NCBI GenBank assembly: GCA_047638595.1
Contig: JBLIMJ010000003.1
Span: 11,710-75,709 of the forward strand
Direction of reading: 5' to 3'
Origin: Acidimicrobiales bacterium
Lineage (GTDB): Bacteria; Patescibacteriota; Minisyncoccia; Phycocordibacterales; UBA918
DNA length: 64,000 nt
Part shown: positions 1 through 9,800 of the stretch, piece by piece
How the letters are laid out: each line of letters begins with the position of its first letter
Numbering within the stretch: the first letter of the stretch is position 1
Translations under genes and position numbers: made by a program
The notes under the pieces: generated by a model
Told to the model about the DNA's origin: nothing
Database searches by the model: none
The model's input: only the letters and a program-made list of their open reading frames with translations

Positions 1-909
1 GGTGGAACTGCGACACTTGTAGGAGACCCTCCCAACATCATGATTGGGTCTGCAGCAGGGTTTTCATTTAACGACTTCTTGATACACTCCCTTCCTGTTG
101 TACTCGTGACCTGGGCCTTGACGCTTATTTTCTTCCGATTCCTTTTCCGAAAAGATCTGAAAGCAAAACCTCAGAACATTGACCAGCTTATGGCAATGAA
201 TGAAAACGAAGCCATCACTGACCCTAAGACACTAAGGAAGCTCCTGATTATCTTCGGTTTAGTTGTTGTTTTATTCTTCCTACACTCCTCACTCCACATG
301 GCGCCTGCGATGGTAGCACTGATTGGTGCATCTTTAGCACTCATCTGGATTGCTCCCCTTCATGACCCACAAAAAACTATTGAGAAGTGTGAGCTATCAG
401 TTCTTCTTTTCTTTGGTTCATTATTTGTAATTGTTGGAGGTCTAGAATTTTCAGGAGTACTTGAACGTGCAGCTGGCTTCATCACTAGTGGTGCCGACAG
501 TAACATTCTTATGACTGCATTGATCATTCTTTGGACGAGTGCAATTCTTTCAGCAATTGTAGACAACATCCCTCTTACTGTTGCCATGATTCCTATTATT
601 GCTTTCTTAGGAACACAGGGTATTCCTGTTGAAATTCTTTGGTGGGCACTTGCGTTTGGAGTTGGGTTTGGTGGAAATGGTTCACCGATTGGTTCTACTG
701 CGGGAGTGATTGTTGTTACAAAGTCTGAGAAGACAGACAACCCAATCTCATTCATTGACTGGATGAAGCAGGGTGTCCCCACAATGCTTCTTGGTTTAGT
801 TGTTGCGTCAATTGCACTAGTTCTCTTTACAGAGTTTTTCATGTCTGACGAAAACATGGGTAACACAGTAGAAGCTGCTGAAACAGCACACCCTGTGCAA
901 GCACGCTAA
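1..909 (+). CDS. ArsB/NhaD/CitMHS-superfamily anion permease, C-terminal part (5' end truncated by window)
   Basis: Frame is open from nt 1 ('GGTATLVGDPPNIMIG', the conserved GDPPN permease motif). Many TM helices. Stop at 907-909. Confidence 0.7.
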   Translation, partial: GGTATLVGDPPNIMIGSAAGFSFNDFLIHSLPVVLVTWALTLIFFRFLFRKDLKAKPQNIDQLMAMNENEAITDPKTLRKLLIIFGLVVVLFFLHSSLHMAPAMVALIGASLALIWIAPLHDPQKTIEKCELSVLLFFGSLFVIVGGLEFSGVLERAAGFITSGADSNILMTALIILWTSAILSAIVDNIPLTVAMIPIIAFLGTQGIPVEILWWALAFGVGFGGNGSPIGSTAGVIVVTKSEKTDNPISFIDWMKQGVPTMLLGLVVASIALVLFTEFFMSDENMGNTVEAAETAHPVQAR

Positions 910-1007
910 GGTGAACACCTCTTAAAAACAACTACACCTCAGGGTGTGGTTGTTTTTTTCTTCACCAGCTATTGCCAGCTTTTTTAAGTGGCGTATACTA
1001 AAACTAT

Positions 1008-1460
1008 ATGGAGTTAAAAGAAATCATCAAAAAAGCATTCATAATTTCGGAAAATGCTACCTTTGCGGAAGCACTCGATTTAATGCTGAACAACCATACC
1101 AATACACTTCTAGTGGTAAATGATGAGGGTGAGCTCTCTGGTGAAGTAAGTGTCTCAGACCTATTTGATGGTATCATCCCCCTTTCTTTCGATGCCGACC
1201 AAGCTCTAGAGCACCTCCAGAATGAAGAAGTATTTGCAAAGACTGTTCAGGAGGCGAAAGATACACCTGTGTCTGACTTCATGTCTGCTGACTACACTAC
1301 AGTACACCCCAACGATTCTATTATGGACATAGCTTCAGTTGCAATCACTCACCAACGTGCGCGTATCCCTGTTGTTGATCACGACAATCATCCTATTGGT
1401 ATCATCTCTCGACAAGGACTTAAACAAATTTTAGGAAAGTATCTCAAAAATAAAAACTAG
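1008..1460 (+). CDS. CBS-domain pair protein
   Basis: 150 aa with two CBS-like segments ('LLVVNDEGELSGEVSVSDL', 'IPVVDHDNHPIGIISRQGL'). Confidence 0.7.
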   Translation: MELKEIIKKAFIISENATFAEALDLMLNNHTNTLLVVNDEGELSGEVSVSDLFDGIIPLSFDADQALEHLQNEEVFAKTVQEAKDTPVSDFMSADYTTVHPNDSIMDIASVAITHQRARIPVVDHDNHPIGIISRQGLKQILGKYLKNKN

Positions 1461-2236
1461 AGTCTATCATCAAGGTAGATTTCGTATATTGTCCCTACAA
1501 AAAACGGAAGCGCGAAAATAAGAGCAATCTCTTCAATTGGAATAATCTGTCCATAGAGAGAGAAAGTAGCAATGTATTCATCAGTGTGTCCAAACAATTT
1601 ATGTACATTTGCTGATGATATCCAAACAGATATAGCTAAGGGGATTGCGGCCACGATAGTAAAGTCTATTACTCTATCAAAAAAAGCTATGTTTAAGCCT
1701 TTGTGCAGTGCTAAAGCTGCAAGAGATGACGCAGTAATCACACCGATTATCCAGAAATAGGAGTATGATAAGAAAATACCGCCTACAACGTATTGGTGTA
1801 TACCTATAAGTACCAATGCACCCACAGCAAACACTCCAAAAGAAGCCATACGGTCCCAAGCACTACGTGGGCTGTAGACACCGTCATCAAACAATACTTC
1901 GTAAAGGAGCCCTAAGAAAAGCACCTGTACAGTAATAGAAAGGAGCATCTCAAGTGGAATTAAGCCAAACAAACGAGCTTCCGTAATGCCGATACTGTAC
2001 CAGAGGCCGTAGATGTGAGCGATTCCTTCGAAAAGAATTGCTGTCCCGCTGCCAAGTAGTGCAACTGATATGAGTACTGAAGGTGGGGCGAGCGTGAAGT
2101 GTGAAAGTGCTAATGCAGGAATACCAAACAAAACTAATGAACTAGTTAAAAGTCCCGCATCAAATACATAAAGACCGTATGTGCCTATGACATAGTATAA
2201 AGTTGTACTAAAAAGCAAGAGTATGTTTCTATGCAT
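1457..2236 (-). CDS. Polytopic integral membrane protein, unknown function
   Basis: 259 aa, about 7-8 hydrophobic helices, no recognisable catalytic motif. Confidence 0.6.
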   Translation of the reverse strand: MHRNILLLFSTTLYYVIGTYGLYVFDAGLLTSSLVLFGIPALALSHFTLAPPSVLISVALLGSGTAILFEGIAHIYGLWYSIGITEARLFGLIPLEMLLSITVQVLFLGLLYEVLFDDGVYSPRSAWDRMASFGVFAVGALVLIGIHQYVVGGIFLSYSYFWIIGVITASSLAALALHKGLNIAFFDRVIDFTIVAAIPLAISVWISSANVHKLFGHTDEYIATFSLYGQIIPIEEIALIFALPFFVGTIYEIYLDDRL

Positions 2237-2306
2237 ATCGTCTCTATTGTACCAGATACAAAAGCACCGATGGTGAAGCCATCGGTGCTTTTGTATATAT
2301 CTTTGA

Positions 2307-3632
2307 TTAGTACGATTTCAAACGCCGAGCTTTTTCATGCTGTCGAATCTTCTCAAGCGCTTTTGCCTCAATCTGTCGAATACGTTCACGCGTTACACCA
2401 AATTCACGCCCGACCTCTTCAAGTGTGTGATAAGTGCCATCAACCAGACCGTGCCTCATTTCAAGAATGCGTCGTTCTTTCTCTGAAAGAGTGTCAAGAA
2501 TTTCTTGAATTTGATCAGTGAGAATACTGTGTGACACTTCCTGATCAGGCGAAATCATCTTATCGTCAGAAATGAAGTCTGACAATCGCGACCGGTCATC
2601 ATCATCACCGATAGGAAGTTCCAATGAAATAGTGTCCTGACTAATTTTCTCAATCTGATACACTTTCTCTACCTCAATCCCCATCTCAGTAGCAATTTCT
2701 TCTGGCACAGGGTCACGGCCAAAATCTTGTGCGAGGCGTCGTGAGACCTGTTTGTACTTTGCCATGGTTTCAACCATGTGTACGGGAATACGAATCGTAC
2801 GTGACTGATCAGCGAGCGCTCGTGTAATTGCCTGACGAATCCACCACGTAGCATACGTAGAAAACTTAAATCCTTTCAAGTGGTCAAATTTATCAACCGC
2901 TTTAAAGAGTCCTAGGTTTCCTTCCTGAATCAGGTCCAGGAGAGTAAGGTCGGGTGAACGTCCTACATACTTCTTAGCAATAGAAACAACGAGCCGGAGG
3001 TTTGCTCGTGCAAGCAGATTTCGTGCTTCTTCATCTTCATCAAGAATCCTTTGTGCAAGATCGCGCTCTTCTTGAGCAGTAAGCAATGGGTACTGACCAA
3101 TCTCACGCAGATACATTTGGATAGAATCGTAGCCACTGTCATTACGTTTGTATGAATTTTTCTGTGCAAGTATCTCTATAGAAGGATCCGTACCAAGCAT
3201 GCCTCCGCTTGAGAGCACATCGATACCAGCAACTGAGAAGTTGTCATACATCTCCTCTAGGAAAGGTACCTCTTTCTCAATTTGAGGGAAGAATTTTAAA
3301 ATTTCATCATATGTGACGTAACCACGTTCACGTCCAAGTTTCATCAACTCAGATGATTTTGCCCGTTTAATTTTTTGCGTCTTAGTAAGTTTTTTCTTTA
3401 CGGGAGCTTTTTTTGCAACAGTTTTAGCGGCAGCTTTTTCTGCTGGCGCTTTTTTTGCTACGGCTTTTACTGGCTTCTTTGTAACTTTCTTTGCTACTAG
3501 TTTTTTGGCAGTTGTTTTTTTAGCTGTTGCCGTCTTTTTGACTGGCGTTTTTGCTACTGATTTTGTTGCCTTTTTGACGACTTTTTTGGTCGTTTTTTTC
3601 GCGATTTCTTTGGTTGCTTTTTTAACAGCCAT
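2307..3632 (-). CDS. rpoD: Primary RNA polymerase sigma factor (sigma-70/RpoD) with lysine/alanine-rich histone-H1-like N-terminal extension
   Basis: Regions 1.2-4.2 recognisable ('[27 protein letters not shown]', '[24 protein letters not shown]'). About 95 N-terminal residues of KKxxAKK repeats. Directly downstream of dnaG. Confidence 0.93.
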   Translation of the reverse strand: MAVKKATKEIAKKTTKKVVKKATKSVAKTPVKKTATAKKTTAKKLVAKKVTKKPVKAVAKKAPAEKAAAKTVAKKAPVKKKLTKTQKIKRAKSSELMKLGRERGYVTYDEILKFFPQIEKEVPFLEEMYDNFSVAGIDVLSSGGMLGTDPSIEILAQKNSYKRNDSGYDSIQMYLREIGQYPLLTAQEERDLAQRILDEDEEARNLLARANLRLVVSIAKKYVGRSPDLTLLDLIQEGNLGLFKAVDKFDHLKGFKFSTYATWWIRQAITRALADQSRTIRIPVHMVETMAKYKQVSRRLAQDFGRDPVPEEIATEMGIEVEKVYQIEKISQDTISLELPIGDDDDRSRLSDFISDDKMISPDQEVSHSILTDQIQEILDTLSEKERRILEMRHGLVDGTYHTLEEVGREFGVTRERIRQIEAKALEKIRQHEKARRLKSY

Positions 3633-3740
3633 AATCCGACAACTATACTCTATTTTAGTAATTAGTCCAGTGTTTTTCGCTTATTATAAAAAGGCAAACT
3701 ACAGGAGTAGTCGGATGACTCATGTAGTTATAGAGTTGCT

Positions 3741-5549
3741 TTAATCTAGCTTTTTAGGTGGCAAAATCCCAAACACTTCTGGTGTAAATAAAAGTGTGTC
3801 TTGCTTCTTTTTAAAAGCTGAAATATCTCCCAGGGTCTTCATCACTAATGTATCGTCACTTGCTGTTTCAGCCTTGTGAAGTACTTGTGTATGATCTTTC
3901 ATACCTTCTTTTCCCACCAATACCACGAGCTCATTAAGCTTATCGACTGTCTCTTCATAGACTTGTTTTATAGGCGTTGCTTCTATGTAAGACTCAAGTT
4001 TAAATGACAAACCACTTGTCTTGGTTGCATCGAGCGTTGCTTGTATTTGAGCAAGTGTCTCAGAGACTGTCTTCTCCAGCGCATGCCGAAGGTTTGACTT
4101 CTGTTCTTGAGGGAATACATCCACCAAAACGGCTAAGTACTGACGTAATTCTTTTTTTCGTTGGAACTGCATTTTAGGATCTTCTTCTGGACGAGTTGAC
4201 GATTGCGCTTGTGAACGCTCTTGGGTTTTCGGTCGATTTTGTTCCTTTTGTTTTTCTTGTTCTTGCAACTGAGCGAGGCGTTCAGTCTCAAAATGAATTG
4301 CATCCTTTGTAGTACCTAAACGTTCTGCAATTAAATTCTCAAAATGTTCCTGATCTATTCGATTTGGAATCTTCACAACGTATGGAAGGATTTCCTCCCT
4401 GGCCTTGAGTTTAAACGTTCGTTCTTCCAGCTTTTGGTTTTGCAGTACGTCAAGTAGAAACTCGATGACGTGTGTTGCCTTTCCTATGGAATGCTTAAAT
4501 TCTGTCGGATCTTTCTGTATCATGTCTGCAGGGTCTTCGCCGTCAGGCATATGAGCGACTTTCACATCCATACCTCGTGCAAGCATAACGTCTGCTGCAC
4601 GTTTGACTGCAGCAATTCCCGCTCGGTCTGAATCAAGTGCGAGAACCACCCGGTTAGAAAGGCGTTGTAGGAGCATTACATGATGTTCTGTAAGGGCTGT
4701 TCCTGACACTGCTACCGTGTTTGAGTAACCTGCCTGATGCGCCATCACCACATCAAACTGCCCTTCCACAATCAACGAGAAATCCATAGTGCGAATTCCC
4801 TGTTTTGCTTTATCATATCCATAGAGGATATCTGACTTATTAAAGAGTTCTGTTTCAGGTGAGTTAACGTATTTTGGCGCTTCGCTGTCTTTAGTAAGAA
4901 TACGTCCTGAGTATGCAACTACCTTCCCTCCAGCATCAAAAATTGGAAACATTATCCGGTCACGAAACAAATCGTACGGCTCTTTGCCTGAATCAGCTCC
5001 TTTCACCAAACCAGCCCTCAGAAGCTCGGTAGAGGTGAATTTCTGGGCTTCCAGCGCGTTTTTAAGCTCTCTCCAGCCATGGTCAGGTGGTCCTGGTGCA
5101 TATCCAATACGCCATTTTGCTATTGTTTCCGGCTTTACTCCTCGGTCCTTTAGATACACCTGTGCAGCAGTTTTCTTGGTGAGATATTCACTAAAGTACT
5201 TCGTGGCAGCCTCAAGTGAATCATACTGTCGGTCACGCTCTGTTCGCTTCTTTGGGTCTTCTCGAACCAGCTCAACTCCTGCTTTATCTGCAAGTATCTT
5301 CAAAGCACCCTTGAAATCAACCCCTTCCATCTCTTGCACGAAAGTAAAGATGTCACCCCCTTGAGAACTAGAAAAACAATAATACATCCCACGATCTGGA
5401 GACACATAAAATGATGGGGTCTTTTCGTTTGTAAATGGAGATTTTCCTTTAAAGTTTTTTCCCGCAGGATGTAGCTCAACATACGAAGACACCACATCCA
5501 CCACCGAAAGTCTTTCTTTTATCTGAGATACTGAATCACCTGAAGCCAT
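3741..5549 (-). CDS. dnaG: DNA primase DnaG
   Basis: CHC2 zinc-finger region ('SPFTNEKTPSFYVSPDRGMYYCFSSSQGGDIFTFV') and Toprim core. Start taken at the internal ATG 5549 (MASGDSVSQIKERL...). The ORF is open to 5597. Confidence 0.9.
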   Translation of the reverse strand: MASGDSVSQIKERLSVVDVVSSYVELHPAGKNFKGKSPFTNEKTPSFYVSPDRGMYYCFSSSQGGDIFTFVQEMEGVDFKGALKILADKAGVELVREDPKKRTERDRQYDSLEAATKYFSEYLTKKTAAQVYLKDRGVKPETIAKWRIGYAPGPPDHGWRELKNALEAQKFTSTELLRAGLVKGADSGKEPYDLFRDRIMFPIFDAGGKVVAYSGRILTKDSEAPKYVNSPETELFNKSDILYGYDKAKQGIRTMDFSLIVEGQFDVVMAHQAGYSNTVAVSGTALTEHHVMLLQRLSNRVVLALDSDRAGIAAVKRAADVMLARGMDVKVAHMPDGEDPADMIQKDPTEFKHSIGKATHVIEFLLDVLQNQKLEERTFKLKAREEILPYVVKIPNRIDQEHFENLIAERLGTTKDAIHFETERLAQLQEQEKQKEQNRPKTQERSQAQSSTRPEEDPKMQFQRKKELRQYLAVLVDVFPQEQKSNLRHALEKTVSETLAQIQATLDATKTSGLSFKLESYIEATPIKQVYEETVDKLNELVVLVGKEGMKDHTQVLHKAETASDDTLVMKTLGDISAFKKKQDTLLFTPEVFGILPPKKLD

Positions 5550-5665
5550 AAGTAGCACTAGTATACTCCACTTTGAACAACTCCCAAAATACGCCATAAA
5601 AATTGACTTTTGGGTATTGTCATGTATAATAGATTTTAGACAACACCCAGTAAGAAGGACAACAA

Positions 5666-5938
5666 ATGCGTAGCTCCAACATTACAATCACGACAGAAGC
5701 ATCGTCTCGCATTCCGTACGAGGAAAGCAAAACAAAAAAGCTGATTAAACAACTTTGCTCACGATTCAATCTCGGTAGCTCATCATTTGCTCGGCTCAGT
5801 GTCACTGATGATGAACTTGTGATTGTGACATCGTATGGAAGTCTGATCCCAGACAACCAACTCACCGATGCTTATCGTCACCAAGGAAACCCCAAAGGCC
5901 GTGTCACTGCTAAAAAGAGTGCATCAGGACATCGTTAA
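5666..5938 (+). CDS. Hypothetical small protein (90 aa)
   Basis: SD-like AAGAAGGA 8 nt upstream. Followed by a C9/G5 hairpin plus T-tract terminator. No recognisable domain. Confidence 0.4.
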   Translation: MRSSNITITTEASSRIPYEESKTKKLIKQLCSRFNLGSSSFARLSVTDDELVIVTSYGSLIPDNQLTDAYRHQGNPKGRVTAKKSASGHR

Positions 5939-5943
5939 ATTTA

Positions 5944-6000
5944 TCACACCCCCCCCCTTGAAAAAGAATCCTCTGGATTCGCTCGGGGGTTTCTTTTTTG
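5944..6000 (+). terminator. Hairpin with C9 homopolymer arm followed by TTTCTTTTTT
   Basis: ACACCCCCCCCC...CGGGGGTTTCTTTTTTG. C-run at 5949-5957. Confidence 0.45.
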
Positions 6001-6059
6001 TCCACTCCTCAAAAATACCGCAATTAATTGAGGTATTCCTCCACACCTACACAACCCAT

Positions 6060-6083
6060 CTCCATATCATTGATGATATGGAG
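6060..6083. promoter_or_regulatory. 24-bp palindrome CTCCATATCAT-TG-ATGATATGGAG, candidate operator upstream of the TrpR-like gene
   Basis: Perfect inverted repeat. Its arms are identical to the terminator palindrome at 6583-6614. Confidence 0.5.
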
Positions 6084-6105
6084 CATAAAACTTAGGTATG
6101 TGGTA

Positions 6106-6123
6106 TATATCATTAATGATATA
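6106..6123. promoter_or_regulatory. 18-bp palindrome TATATCATTAATGATATA, 9 nt upstream of the start codon
   Basis: Perfect palindrome sharing the ATCAT..ATGAT core with the neighbouring palindromes. Overlaps the expected RBS/-10 region. Confidence 0.5.
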
Positions 6124-6131
6124 ATTTAATT

Positions 6132-6584
6132 ATGAGCACAAATCACAAAAAACTAAACTCTCGTAAAAAAGAACTTATTCTTGAAGCATTATATGCAGGT
6201 GTCAAAAGCATGCCCCAGGATAATTCTGTGGAGTATTTTATAAATACGTTACTCACTGAAAGTGAGAAAATAACAATTGGTCGCCGTATTCTTATCGCGC
6301 AAATGATACTCGCTGGAAAAACTCAGGCAGAAATACGATACATTCTTGGAGTGAGCCCAAACACTTTCACCCGTACACGCAAGTGGCTTAATAAGCAAAT
6401 ACCACACTACGATGATGCCATAAAGAAACATGCAGTTGAACAAATGGCAAGAGCAGTAAAGCGCAACGGAACAAGAAAGAAATATATAGACCCATTGAGT
6501 TTTACTGGATTACGGAAAAAATTTCCCATGCATTTTCTACTCTTTAACGTTGCTGAAGAGTTGATTGTAAAATTATCAAAATAA
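6132..6584 (+). CDS. TrpR-like / YerC-YecD family helix-turn-helix regulator
   Basis: 150 aa. 'ESEKITIGRRILIAQMILAGKTQAEIRYILGVSPNTFTRTRKWL' matches the Trp-repressor-related YerC/YecD HTH. Confidence 0.7.
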   Translation: MSTNHKKLNSRKKELILEALYAGVKSMPQDNSVEYFINTLLTESEKITIGRRILIAQMILAGKTQAEIRYILGVSPNTFTRTRKWLNKQIPHYDDAIKKHAVEQMARAVKRNGTRKKYIDPLSFTGLRKKFPMHFLLFNVAEELIVKLSK

Positions 6585-6620
6585 CTCTCCATATCATCAA
6601 TGATATGGAGAGTTATTTTG
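6583..6620 (+). terminator. Intrinsic terminator: 13-bp stem overlapping the stop codon, followed by ATTTTGTTT
   Basis: AACTCTCCATATCAT-CA-ATGATATGGAGAGTT then T-rich tract. Same arms as the upstream palindrome at 6060. Confidence 0.6.
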
Positions 6621-6628
6621 TTTGGTTA

Positions 6629-6658
6629 TTGCTTGATATCATTGATGATATCAAGCAA
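6629..6658. promoter_or_regulatory. 30-bp palindrome TTGCTTGATATCAT-TG-ATGATATCAAGCAA
   Basis: Perfect inverted repeat sharing the ATATCAT-NN-ATGATAT core. Confidence 0.45.
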
Positions 6659-6676
6659 TAAGGGATGTAGCTATTA

Positions 6677-6717
6677 ACACAAAAGACCGGCGCGTAGTGC
6701 CGGTCTTTTGTGTTTTT
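6677..6717. terminator. Bidirectional intrinsic terminator downstream of rpoC and repeat copy A
   Basis: ACACAAAAGACCGGC-GCGTAGT-GCCGGTCTTTTGTGTTTTT. Confidence 0.7.
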
Positions 6718-6768
6718 ACTCCCCTACTCAATCTTCCTTACTCTAGGAATTTTCAGATGATTCCAGAT

Positions 6769-6846
6769 GCGAGGAGCACAAGGAAAATAATTTGAGGCGT
6801 ACTTAGTGGTACGTTGAAAATTATTTTCCGTAGTGCGACGAAGCAG
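6769..6846 (-). repeat. Conserved ~80-nt palindromic 3'UTR repeat, copy A (after rpoC stop)
   Basis: About 85% identical to the copies at 16160-16241 and 40741-40822. Core GCGAGG..GGAAAATAATTTGAGGCGTAC..GTACGTTGAAAATTATTTT..CGAAGCAG. Confidence 0.8.
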
Positions 6847-6866
6847 ATGGGATTAGCTGTGGATTT

Positions 6867-9800
6867 CTATTTTTCTAGGGATTTGGACACAGCTTGAATC
6901 ATGTCGTACTTAGGCGACCCTTTAAATCCTGACCCTGCTGGAATCAGCTTACCAATAATCACGTTCTCCATAAGTCCTGCGAGATTATCTTGGCTTCCCT
7001 TTACTGCTGAGTTAATCAAAATACGAGTTGTATTTTGGAATGAAGCAGCTGAAAGGAACGACTTTCGCGATAGTGAACTTTCAGTAATACCCATAATGAG
7101 TTTATCAGCCTTTGCTTGTTCTTTACCTTCGGCCTTCAGCTTATTGTTTGCTTCAACAAAGATCCATTCTTCGATCACTTCACCTGGAGTAAAGTGACTG
7201 TCACCAGAAGCGTTTACCTTCACTCGTGACATCATTTGTTTCACAATAAGCTCAATGTGCTTTCGAGAGATAGTCACACCTTGTAGTTCGTAAATCTTAT
7301 TTACTTCAGAAATGATGTAGTCCTGTGTCTGCTCCTTAGTACCATACTTGAACAAGTCTGGTAGATAAGCAGAACCATCAGTCAACATCTGACCTCCAAC
7401 AACATTGTCTCCCTTAGATATTTTTACCACTCGTCGCCAATTTACTTCATACTCAATGACGTCTGACTTTTTCGGAGCGTACTGTGAAGTTTTATCAACT
7501 GCAACAGTAATGAATTTCTCACGTCCTTCTGTTCGAATCTCAGTTACAAAACCTGCAGTTTTAGAAATAATTGCTGGAATCTTCGGTAGTCGTTTTTCAA
7601 ATACTTCTTCTACACGAGGAAGACCTTGTGTAAGGTCACCACCTGCTGAAGATGTACCACCTGCGTGCTTGGTGTTCATCGTAAGCTGTGTACCCGGTTC
7701 ACCAATAGCTTGTGCTGCAATAGTTCCTACTGCTTCACCCATATCCACCAATGCATTGGTTGTAAGATCTACACCGTAACACTTCTGGCATACACCGCGT
7801 AATGTTGCGCAAGTCATCGGAGAACGAACCTCAACTGATTCACACGTACTTTCTTCAACAGATATAGCATCGCGTCGAGTAAGTAAGTGCCCTTTCTTGA
7901 ATATAACGTTATCTTTAGAGTCAACAATATTTGCAGCAATAACTCGTCCCTTCAATGCTTTTGCAAATGAAATCTCAATACCAGAAGCAGAAATGCGTCC
8001 GATATTTGTACTTTCTTTTGTTTTACAGTCTGACTCTGTAATGATAGCGTCCTGTGCAACAACAAAGAGTCGTCGTGTAAGATACCCAGCTTTTGCAGTT
8101 TGAAGTGCAGTGTCGGCAAGTCCTTTTCGAGAACCGTGGGTTGTCGTGAAATACTCAATTGGACTCATGCCCTCCTTCATAGAAGAAATAACGGGGAACT
8201 CAACTGTTTCACCTCGAGTGTTTACAATCAAACCTTTCATACCAACCATCTGAGCAATCTGGCGCATTGATCCACGCGCTCCAGACTTCCAAAGATCATA
8301 TGCTGAACCGTTATGATCCATGTGGTTTGGAATAATTTCTTCCAATTCACTCTTAGTTCTGTGCCAGATCTCAATAACCATTCGTCGACGTTCTTCTCGT
8401 GAGAGAAGTCCTTCTTCGAAGTTCTCTATAATTACTCGTTCCTCTGCTCGAGATTTTTCGATAATAGCGCCCTTCTCTGGTGGTATAACCACTTCATCGA
8501 TTCCCCATGTGGTACCAGAAACGGTTGCATATTTGAAACCAAACTTCTTAATTTTGTTTACCACACTTGGTACGATTTCAGTTCCTTGATCATCAATAAG
8601 GTCAAGTACTACGGCGAAGAGATCTCGTTGAGAAACTACTTCATTAATGTATCGATGATCACTTGGAAGTACCGAGTTGAAGAGAAGTCGTCCTACGGTT
8701 GTTTCAAATATCTGTCCCTCATACTGTGCATATTTAGCAGTATCTGTTGCAAGTACTTTAACTTTTGCTCGGAAATCTACAATATCGTAATCATATGCGT
8801 TAATCGCATCATTGGGAGATGCAAACCACTTTCCTTCTCCTTTTGCTCCTTCGATTTCTTTAGTCATCCAGAATGCTCCGAGTGCCATATCCATAAGTGA
8901 CTCAGATACTACAGGCTCACCTGATCCTGGCTTAAGTACATTCTTGTTTGCAGAAACAATTTCACGAGCTTCAGTCTGTGCTTCTTCAGACAATGGTACA
9001 TGTACCGCCATCTGGTCACCATCGAAATCAGCGTTAAATGCCTTACACACCAATGGATGAATCTGAATTGCATTACCTTCAATCAGTACCGGACGGAATG
9101 CCTGAATACCCTGTCGGTGCAACGTTGGCGCACGGTTAAGTAGTACATGCTTTTCAGCGATAACACCTTCAAGAATTGCCCATACTTCAGGTACACCGTC
9201 TTCAATAAGACGTCCTGCTCCACGGATGTTGTACGCGAGTTCTTGCCGGAGTAATTCTGAGATAACAAACGGTCGGAACAATTCCAGTGCCATGTGTTTT
9301 GGGAGACCACACTGATCAAGTTCAAGTTCTGGACCAATAACAATTACTGAACGTCCAGAATAGTCCACTCGCTTACCAAGCAAGTTCTGTCGAAAGTATC
9401 CCTGCTTACTTTTTAGGTAGTCAGAAAGAGACTTCAATGGTCGGCGTTGTGCCTGACTCATTGCTGAGTATGCAGTGTTCCCGTGACGAATAGAGTTGTC
9501 GATAAGGGCATCAACAGCTTCCTGCATGATTCGCTTCTCGTTACGTAAGATCACGTCTGGCGCCATGATGTCGATAAGCTTCTTCAAACGATTGTTTCGA
9601 TTGATGACGCGTCGATAAAGGTCGTTGAGGTCACTCGATGCGTGTCGTCCACCTTCAAGTGCAACCATTGGACGTAGTGCAGGTGGAATCACAGGAATTC
9701 TCTGGAGAAACATCCATTCAGGACGTACGTTAGCATGAATCAACCCTCGGATGAGGTTCAATCGTTTGTCGAGCTTTGTACGCTCAGCTACTCCTGCAGT

